This document shows, piece by piece, positions 57,401-64,000 of a DNA stretch of 64,000 bases (the first letter of the stretch is position 1; each line of letters starts with the position of its first letter). The DNA comes from a virus. The stretch lies in IMG/VR virus record IMGVR_UViG_3300045988_114765, positions 1 through 64,000 of that record. One strand, written 5' to 3'. The notes under the pieces are model-generated. The model made no database searches and was not told the DNA's origin. It saw only the letters and a program-made list of their open reading frames with translations. A program made the position numbers and the translations under genes.

Positions 57401-60400
57401 TTTCTCCACCTATATTAAGAGAATACCTTTTAGTGCCATTAGCGTTCGTTTCAGAGCTTATTTGAATAGGAACCAATGATTTTATAGAAGATATAAATTT
57501 ATCGGCTCTAAGACCTGCAATTTCATACCTTTCGTTGCCATCGTTGGATATTCTTCTAACCATCAACGTCTCTGGATTCTGGGCGCTATCTATGTTAGCT
57601 CCAGGCGTATTATCGGATTCATCTAACTCATTTACAAGAGAATCTATATTGGTATCATCTTCCCCAAAATTACTTAACGTAGATTCGGAAATACGACCTT
57701 TATCAATAATTCTGTTTTGTTCGATATAAGGAAGGAGATCTGTGATGTTTCCAACCTGGCCAAGATCTTCTATGGTAAATACCGAATCGGCAAGCTTATC
57801 TTCGTCAACCTTCTCCCCTTTATCCCGTCTGTTCATTATATCAACATACGAAGAAATAGCATCATCAAGTTCCTTCCTTTGATCTGGTTCTAAATTGGAT
57901 TTAGCCATATCAATAATAGCTTTATTATCCTCATACACAGGTCTCGGACTTGTAAGCCTATCAGCCTTCTCAGATAATGATTTTATGAGATTAACAGGAC
58001 TGTCACCCAAAGATGATACATAATCATCAAAATCTTGTTTGTATTTATCATACACATCTTTTTCTCTCGCAGTAAGAAGATCGGCATTGCCTGTATATAG
58101 TTTATCAATTATAGACCGCCTTACGGCCGGAACCATAATAGAATTATCCATAGCAGCCTCATAATCTTCATCCGATACAGACTCCGTAAGCGGTGACTCT
58201 TTTATATCATCTTCTGCTTCCTTCATCCTATCTTCCCTTACTTTATCAAGAGCATGCATAAAAGCCTTGATAGTCCAAGCTTCGTCTTCCGAAATCTTAC
58301 CTTCTGACACAGCTTGATCTACTACCTCATCAGTATCATATTCACCAACTTTATTAGGCTCTGCAAAATCAGGAACCTTATCATCCCCCTTATAAGGAGT
58401 AGACCATAGAGAAGACAGCGCTTTTGAAAATCCCCTGTTTTCCTCAGCTAAGAATCTTTTATCAAGCATCTTGGACAAGAAGTTATTCATATTCCTATAG
58501 TCCATCAAACTCCTTCGGTATTCATTTACCAAGGATCTCATGGCTTTGTCTTTGGCTGTAAACTTCTTTTCCTGTCTTGATTTTACATTAAAATAATCAT
58601 CAAAAGCCACAAGCGTATCATAGGCTTCTATCACATCTTGTGAACTTATGGGAGAAAGAGGAGATGATAAAACAGATTCGGTTTTACTTACCAGCTCTTC
58701 TATCGGAAACTCTTTTCCTATTAACGTTGATAACTCAGACAACGAATTGTTGTAATTGGTTCTAAGGCTTTCCAATTCTTTGGTTTTTCGTTGTATGGAT
58801 TCAGCTTGTGGATCTTTCCCTTCTACGTTGCGAGGGCGGGTAGCAAGATCTTCTATTTCGGATTCAAGTTCTTCTATTCTTGACCGTATGCCACGGATAG
58901 CCATCGCCCGCTCCCTTGCCCTGTCCGACAGCCGGGAGAACGTACTTATAGCATCCGCCACGCGAGGCTGCCCCGAAAGCGTTTCTATGACAGAAGCTAT
59001 GCCTTTCATTCTTGATTCCGATTGAAGACCAAGAAAAGCATTACGAGCCACGTATTTTCTAAACTCAATCTTAGAATCATCACCTATAAGATCTTCGGCA
59101 AAACTCTGGGCAGATCTGAAATCCGAAAGACGATTATTATAATTATCAATAATAGAATCCTTGTATTTCTTTGCCTCTTCCAAAGACATTCCGTTGGCTT
59201 CGGCTATTTCCGAAATAGGCATCATATCAACCATCTGCCTGAAATTTTCAGCCGAATCCTCTAAGGTTCCCATTTGGTTGTCAATCGACATCTTTTCAAA
59301 CATTGCATCATCAAGCTCCTTGCCGGTCATAGACCGAGCATAGGAACGAACTTGAGGCCCTAAACTCATTGACTTTTTCAACGTATTCAAAGCCGCCGTA
59401 TTAAGATTAGAAGATGCTTTGTTATATTCATTTACTTGCCTTTCCAGCAATATCTGATTATTACTATACTCTTTCACTCCAAAGAAGCCTTCCCTCATAC
59501 CAAACAAAGAACCGATAATAGCACCGATTCCTATTTCAGTCCATCCTTCTTTAGACGTATATTGTTTTTTAAATCCTTCAGAAATAGCATCAAGAACATC
59601 AACGGCTCCGTTCATGGCTACATTATCATATCTTGACTTAACATATTCCTCAGCCGTATTCTGAACAGCACCTTGAGATCCTTCTTCCCATAAGCCTTCG
59701 GATACAGGTCTTTTCATGATATTGAAAACATTGCCTGCTATCTTCTGTCCTATATTAGGATTGGTTATTTTAATAGCCATCTCTCCCGGCTTCGCAACTT
59801 CCGTCCCTAATCCAAATAAATGCTTGTTGAGCCTCTTTTCCAACCCAGGTATAGCCTTTCCTTCTAACCCTATATACTTACCAAAAAGAAGCCAGTTAGA
59901 TAATCCTACTATACCCATATTGGCGGCAAATATAGCACTACCTACATCAGCATTAGAATTACGAAAAACAGCCATTTCCTCTGCATTGGGATCACGACCA
60001 TAAATCTTACGATAATAATCCTTGAAATCAGACTCGGATTGCTTCATAAAAGAATTTGCTTCAACCGATGACTCGAATCCGGCACTGGTAGCCAACAACG
60101 TCATGGTCTTAGCCGCCTCCCCTACATTTCTTCCGGTAGCAACTCCTTTTCTTACATAGTCGTTAAACACACCTTTAAGGCTTCCTATGCCCCTATTGGC
60201 AGCTTGCCTTGCTGCTAACTTAGCTCCGATTCTTCCACCTAATTTAGCACCTATATTGCCCAATGATCCAACTCCAAGTCCTCCGGTCATGTACGCTGAT
60301 ATCATGGCTCCTACGGTAAAAGACATACCATTACCAAGGACATCATTCCATAAGAAATTACCGGTATCCTTAAAAAGCTTCTGACCAAAATTATAATCTT

Positions 60401-61055
60401 CTACCTCTTTCTTGTAATAATGAGGAAGAAGCATGTCTATTTGCTGGTCAAGATCACCTACAAACTTATCCATGTTAGTGTTTAACGCAGCTTTATAACT
60501 TCCCTCAGATGCCATATTGATAAGTTTGTCAGGCAATGACACAACTCCTTGTGCACCGTACAATGCAGACTTTAAAGCGAATTTGCCTACACCATTCCAA
60601 AACTTACTCCATCCGCTCTGTCTCCTGGCATAATAATCCTCATTGTTTATACCCGGAATATAGTTGGGATATTTTGTACGCCATACCCCATCATTACCCA
60701 TCTGATGACTTTCACGGATACTTACCTTTGGTCCATAGGGATTAAGAGGCGGCGGGGCAGGTGTAGCCCCCCTGTAGCTGTTACGAGCCAGTGCCTCCGA
60801 GTAGCTGTTGCTTATCTCCTTGGCTATATACGGTTCTTCGTATTCGGCAGCAGCTATCCTTGATGCGTAATCCGGAAATTTAGGTTGGGCATACACACCT
60901 TCACCAGGCATATAATTAGGAACCAGAGGCGTTGTCGTCTCTGGTAGTGTAGCCGGAGTATAATTCTCTTCTTCGGCTAATTTTCTTTGCCTTGCCACAT
61001 CTTCGTAAGTGGTTTTAGCAGCAGGATTATATCTATCTATATTATTGTCAGCCAT
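54414..61055 (-). CDS. giant virion-associated protein (2213 aa) with a Gly-zipper N-terminal region; function unknown
   Basis: 6.6-kb ORF. Confidence 0.85.
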   Translation of the reverse strand: MADNNIDRYNPAAKTTYEDVARQRKLAEEENYTPATLPETTTPLVPNYMPGEGVYAQPKFPDYASRIAAAEYEEPYIAKEISNSYSEALARNSYRGATPAPPPLNPYGPKVSIRESHQMGNDGVWRTKYPNYIPGINNEDYYARRQSGWSKFWNGVGKFALKSALYGAQGVVSLPDKLINMASEGSYKAALNTNMDKFVGDLDQQIDMLLPHYYKKEVEDYNFGQKLFKDTGNFLWNDVLGNGMSFTVGAMISAYMTGGLGVGSLGNIGAKLGGRIGAKLAARQAANRGIGSLKGVFNDYVRKGVATGRNVGEAAKTMTLLATSAGFESSVEANSFMKQSESDFKDYYRKIYGRDPNAEEMAVFRNSNADVGSAIFAANMGIVGLSNWLLFGKYIGLEGKAIPGLEKRLNKHLFGLGTEVAKPGEMAIKITNPNIGQKIAGNVFNIMKRPVSEGLWEEGSQGAVQNTAEEYVKSRYDNVAMNGAVDVLDAISEGFKKQYTSKEGWTEIGIGAIIGSLFGMREGFFGVKEYSNNQILLERQVNEYNKASSNLNTAALNTLKKSMSLGPQVRSYARSMTGKELDDAMFEKMSIDNQMGTLEDSAENFRQMVDMMPISEIAEANGMSLEEAKKYKDSIIDNYNNRLSDFRSAQSFAEDLIGDDSKIEFRKYVARNAFLGLQSESRMKGIASVIETLSGQPRVADAISTFSRLSDRARERAMAIRGIRSRIEELESEIEDLATRPRNVEGKDPQAESIQRKTKELESLRTNYNNSLSELSTLIGKEFPIEELVSKTESVLSSPLSPISSQDVIEAYDTLVAFDDYFNVKSRQEKKFTAKDKAMRSLVNEYRRSLMDYRNMNNFLSKMLDKRFLAEENRGFSKALSSLWSTPYKGDDKVPDFAEPNKVGEYDTDEVVDQAVSEGKISEDEAWTIKAFMHALDKVREDRMKEAEDDIKESPLTESVSDEDYEAAMDNSIMVPAVRRSIIDKLYTGNADLLTAREKDVYDKYKQDFDDYVSSLGDSPVNLIKSLSEKADRLTSPRPVYEDNKAIIDMAKSNLEPDQRKELDDAISSYVDIMNRRDKGEKVDEDKLADSVFTIEDLGQVGNITDLLPYIEQNRIIDKGRISESTLSNFGEDDTNIDSLVNELDESDNTPGANIDSAQNPETLMVRRISNDGNERYEIAGLRADKFISSIKSLVPIQISSETNANGTKRYSLNIGGETATIIELPYHARWSIDKESARVLNRYTDVSIQDVGNSYSLVYKRLDSDELVPYRTGVGFGENEVDKIDQEALSSLKKGDRVNLEIDVNDTYNQSLFAEYNDAVQSGDKKRIESAENKLVSNMVIKVMSGNRFVSVVKADTGGIDGISKIRRTAFNKWKKDAGRSATIGVGTHVVAQTLPGRPVFNMKVNGQGYGQVENLPITEKGAEKVSDVGYVLNGKVVLKNGSKYTGFPFAYSILNDKGNNYKNVRVPVVVIKGKNGLNYLFPVSLRSVESEEGRKWMSFIDMLLESGDSELLQMGQDDIQDLNAYLTKLGLDPASYQVSYLNPISGLRKAREAIEELSTVPDVVKWVEDGSRSVKDIVTSEVESGIDFEGEMFVAPKIRIQFGKSSSRPKSLIEDDLPFSDEGKTVTSKEDVDVYEEEMPEEGAVRETQPAPLAQPTPAAQAARSLPGKKRTSRKNFSLMLNEIESHIEKEGLPSYANIFDFIARKIVGGDLRFLRERGNPKSLKEEMGLEPKGTVGDKISTPSSKGGKTLEEYVSWLRSQTDQVVVDYVGPRYDEQIISELKNFLKYINFVPSKALNYSLRVNGMDTLKEYGTKEEVEKMESDINSLVSKVLPTVDNKTIEDVSTAIKSNNLPAIWEPVESLDMTNEEKIEFLNNVADFLSGIPEYDAVVESIESESDNILNDGKEGSAEGGAVRTEEDGDKKGDGEGKGQSRTNVEVERNVELPGSEEGRVDNYRKNGDKFSDIAEVTLWLLRRAAGITSIPEGEEVYVEGDEVNSIMTDMESRYGIDTINHSHTTKAIRDLNGVSGYKVEYGLTFLTYDPFIRISNLRKGSKAAKDEPRISEESLTHISRVTTPYFLYGGDEAYTSVPAKVEPIPEKIMGRNGIKFGMSVVELTKLGYKKAGGNWIYKFYMNSGVYDLYNISTGEAFRAKPNLGVKISSSAFIRSLSQSGRKIQNMMSNMSQEEIDRNKNLVEGSDNSDSINELNKEC

Positions 61056-64000
61056 AAATTTTCTGCAAAAAATCGTTCAACTTACTAAACTTGTCATTCA
61101 TGTTAGGCGTGATATTTATTCCTCTCATATACGGATCCCTCATCTGATCAAGACGTTCTTGAACAGCCTCCTTCACGTATTTTACAAAGAAGTACTGAGG
61201 ACACTTCTGGTGAATGCTATTCCAGTAATCCGCATACTCATCATTACCTGGATCCAAAGGAACAAAATCCGAGAACAACAATGCAGGATTTTTAGAATTT
61301 TTAGTCCTTTTGTCATAGAAATTGACCGCTACCTCTCTTGAACCCCTATCGTCCATTCCCTCCAACTGAACTGATATATTATCAGACATGTCAATAAAAT
61401 TATCAACAAGGGCTTTAACAGCATTCATTTCTTCTGGCTTAAGGTAAGAACCATGAACCTTTACTATATCATAAAGATCATTCTTAACATCAGTCTTAGA
61501 AGCCAAACGAGGAAGGCCATTACGTATAAGATACTTATCATAAGAATAACCTTCCTTCTTTCCGGTATCTACAAAATCACAGGTTTCAAAACTTGATTTG
61601 TAGCCATCTACCGGATAATTGCGCTCCTCGACCGAAGGATCTATACCCGCCTTAAGAAGCTCGTCATTCGTAATCTCAACCCTTTCTGTAACATAAGAAT
61701 TTTTACCGGAACCTACTTGAGCAGTCAAGAATCTTCTAACGGTGCCATTATCTATCTCGGCATCCATATTAATGGCATTAACAGCAGTAGGATCCAGATT
61801 ATTTACCTTTCCTGCCATGTAACCAGACAATCTTCTAAACTGAGCCTTCTGCAAAGACTTTTCCGGCGAATCGGCATTCCAATTGTATCTTTTGTAAGAA
61901 TCAAGGTAATGATACTGAGATAACTTATCAGAAATCTGATCGGGAGATACAGACATTTTTATCTCATCCTGCATCTGACTTGCTATCATATCAGACACCC
62001 TACTGCTTTTCTCAGCACATCTTAGCTGGGTAATAGTCAATGGTTCACCTTCCTGATAATCTTTTAAATCTATATCACCATCCTTATCTATGGTCATATA
62101 ATCAGATATATTAAAATCAGGATCGCCATTGAGTTTCTTCATTCCATTAATAAGAGCCAATGTACCAGTAGAAGAACCATTATTCTCGCTTGTAATAGCA
62201 TCAGATATGTTTTTCCCCAACTTGCCGGCACTCACCTTAGCTCCTAATGACGGAGATATAGAACTAAGAATATCTATTCCTCTTGAAGGATCCATCATGT
62301 ATTCTCTGAACCCTACGGCATCAGATACACCAGTTGTTATGGCTGTGGCGAGCAGGAAGGCTCCAGCCTTATCATCTGTATTGGTAAGATCCATAAAAAA
62401 ATTTCCTTTCGTAAACTTAGCATTACGAACTTTCCTGATAATATCCTTATTTTTTTTAGTAACTATATTATCTATTTGATAATCAGTTATGTTATTTATA
62501 GCCTTTGCAGCTCCATTTGCCTTAGAATCAGAAAGAAGTAAAGCATCATAAGCTTCAGACAATCTGTTATTTCCTTGTCCGAAATATCCGTTTTTCTGAC
62601 CTCCATTATTTTTTAAATAAGAATATATCCGTTCTTCAGGAGTCATATTAGCATACAATCCTGGGTCAGTTTTTTCTTCTTCGTATGATGCTGCAACGAT
62701 ATTGTCTCTGTCTGTAGGAGATAATGAATTATATAATTTCAATAAATTTGCTCTACGCTCTGTGGAAGAAGATGTGAGTTGTTCATAAGGGATATTAGCC
62801 AAATTAACAGATCCTATCTTACCCGTTCCAGAATTGATAGCCGTAGGCCCGTCCATAGGAGCCATCGGCACTCCTACACCGCCTGCTCCTCTTGTGCCTC
62901 CGGATGAGCTTTCAGTGCCCATCTTGGAACCGTAAGTACGCATGTATTCGGTTTCAATCTTAGCCTGAGCAAGCTGCTCATTCGCCAATGATATTTCAAC
63001 CATAGACTTGGCATTGTCAGTCAAAAACTTTTGCTGAGCCCTATCCTCTGCCAACCTTGCAAAATAAAGATCATCTTTCTTCCTTTCAAAACTTGTATTG
63101 TCGTATCTCCATGCATCAACCATCTTATCGAAAAGATTATTGGTAACAACAAAATTAGCAGCCGCTACCGGATCTGATGAAGCTATTATCATATCTGCCT
63201 CCCTCTTGGCTTCTGCTTTCTGATTTTTAGCTTCCTGTATCTGACTGTCAATACGATCAATAATATCCTTATTATCCCCTACTGATTTCTTTTTTGCTTC
63301 CAATGCTCCTATATGCCTATCGTATCTTTCGACATAAGACCCAATGTATTGACTAACCAAATCCGGATTACTGAACACCGGATTGGTAGCTGCCATGTAT
63401 GATGCTTCTATTCTCATCTGATTCCTCATGTTTTCAGATAAGTTAGCAGACACAAAATTCCTTATCTGGGAATCAGTAAGCTCATCTACGTTGACTTCTA
63501 TGATTCCACCAGTAGGATTACCTTTAACATCATATTCTGTTGTCTGAATCTTCTTGCCTTCGTTGTTTTTCCTAAAGTCACTAACCAGCTTATTTATCTC
63601 CTTAGTATAATCAACATAAGGAGAATAATGAAGACCTCCCAACCTTGATCCTGCTTTACCATCTGACCTCCATTTGTAATAAGGGTCCAAAGCATGCCAT
63701 TCATTAATAGGAGAATAAAGTTCAGGATGATTCTGTTTTATAGATTCTATTTCCTTCATAACCCTCCTGCCTTCTTTTGTGCCGGCAATAGCGTTAATGA
63801 CCGTATCATCCAACACCGAACTGATCTCTCCTTGTATGGCTCTCGTAACACCATCAGAAGAAAGATCCACGCCTTTGAATTTTTGATTGATGTTAGCAAT
63901 CACACCTGACATCTTATCTTCCATATAAGCGCGGGCTTCAGGCTTATCTATCTCTTGACCCATAAGATAATCTACCTGGGTATAGATCTTTTCACGAGCA
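61048..64000 (-). CDS. large protein of at least 983 aa, truncated at the window edge; the frame is open beyond 64000
   Basis: No stop between 63963 and 64000 on the minus strand. Confidence 0.8.
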   Translation of the reverse strand, partial: AREKIYTQVDYLMGQEIDKPEARAYMEDKMSGVIANINQKFKGVDLSSDGVTRAIQGEISSVLDDTVINAIAGTKEGRRVMKEIESIKQNHPELYSPINEWHALDPYYKWRSDGKAGSRLGGLHYSPYVDYTKEINKLVSDFRKNNEGKKIQTTEYDVKGNPTGGIIEVNVDELTDSQIRNFVSANLSENMRNQMRIEASYMAATNPVFSNPDLVSQYIGSYVERYDRHIGALEAKKKSVGDNKDIIDRIDSQIQEAKNQKAEAKREADMIIASSDPVAAANFVVTNNLFDKMVDAWRYDNTSFERKKDDLYFARLAEDRAQQKFLTDNAKSMVEISLANEQLAQAKIETEYMRTYGSKMGTESSSGGTRGAGGVGVPMAPMDGPTAINSGTGKIGSVNLANIPYEQLTSSSTERRANLLKLYNSLSPTDRDNIVAASYEEEKTDPGLYANMTPEERIYSYLKNNGGQKNGYFGQGNNRLSEAYDALLLSDSKANGAAKAINNITDYQIDNIVTKKNKDIIRKVRNAKFTKGNFFMDLTNTDDKAGAFLLATAITTGVSDAVGFREYMMDPSRGIDILSSISPSLGAKVSAGKLGKNISDAITSENNGSSTGTLALINGMKKLNGDPDFNISDYMTIDKDGDIDLKDYQEGEPLTITQLRCAEKSSRVSDMIASQMQDEIKMSVSPDQISDKLSQYHYLDSYKRYNWNADSPEKSLQKAQFRRLSGYMAGKVNNLDPTAVNAINMDAEIDNGTVRRFLTAQVGSGKNSYVTERVEITNDELLKAGIDPSVEERNYPVDGYKSSFETCDFVDTGKKEGYSYDKYLIRNGLPRLASKTDVKNDLYDIVKVHGSYLKPEEMNAVKALVDNFIDMSDNISVQLEGMDDRGSREVAVNFYDKRTKNSKNPALLFSDFVPLDPGNDEYADYWNSIHQKCPQYFFVKYVKEAVQERLDQMRDPYMRGINITPNMNDKFSKLNDFLQKIYG

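Noticed and set aside
37556-61055. Possible stop-codon recoding (TAG/TGA reassignment with suppressor tRNAs, as in some crAss-like phages)
   Set aside because: The late giant genes are uninterrupted under the standard code, so there is no evidence for recoding. The tRNA-like motifs are therefore unlikely to be suppressor tRNAs.
61048-63963. DKDGD pentapeptide in the window-truncated ≥983-aa protein as an RNAP DxDGD catalytic motif
   Set aside because: It is a single short match without the surrounding DPBB context, so chance cannot be excluded.
1-64000. CRISPR array, DGR (TR/VR pair plus RT), integrase or attachment site, IS elements
   Set aside because: No spacer-repeat array, no reverse-transcriptase or recombinase motifs were seen. 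The GC islets are not mutually similar, so no TR/VR pair is present.

Overview
This window looks like part of a large virulent tailed phage (Caudoviricetes). Evidence: about 36% GC, very dense small ORFs, long transcriptional blocks, no integrase, and giant virion-type proteins. Three upstream TAnnTTTG (-7) motifs suggest a Bacteroidota host; a crAss-like affiliation is possible but not demonstrable here. Layout: positions 1-36553 are a plus-strand block of about 75 mostly small genes (early/replication/accessory). Recognisable genes in that block are a zinc-finger primase-like protein, a DnaB-family helicase, a Cas4/RecB-like Fe-S PD-(D/E)xK nuclease, a DEAH SF2 helicase, a Walker A/B ABC-type ATPase, and an acyl-carrier-protein / NfeD / flotillin (SPFH) operon. 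Positions 36643-64000 are a convergent minus-strand block containing giant proteins of 2140 aa, 2213 aa and at least 983 aa (3'-truncated at the window edge), a 759-aa protein, and small accessory genes including a DUF2829 (Tad2-like) fusion. The blocks are separated by a 15-bp-stem hairpin. Non-coding features: tandem ~50-bp repeats at the window start, GC-rich structured leaders carrying two copies of a tRNA T-arm/acceptor-like motif, a perfect 28-bp inverted repeat, several intrinsic terminators, and two ATG+G9-10 homopolymer tracts that control reading frame. No terminase, major capsid protein, DNA polymerase, CRISPR array, DGR or stop-codon recoding could be recognised from sequence alone. 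ORF-finder 'M' starts are sometimes TTG/GTG. Coordinates include stop codons.
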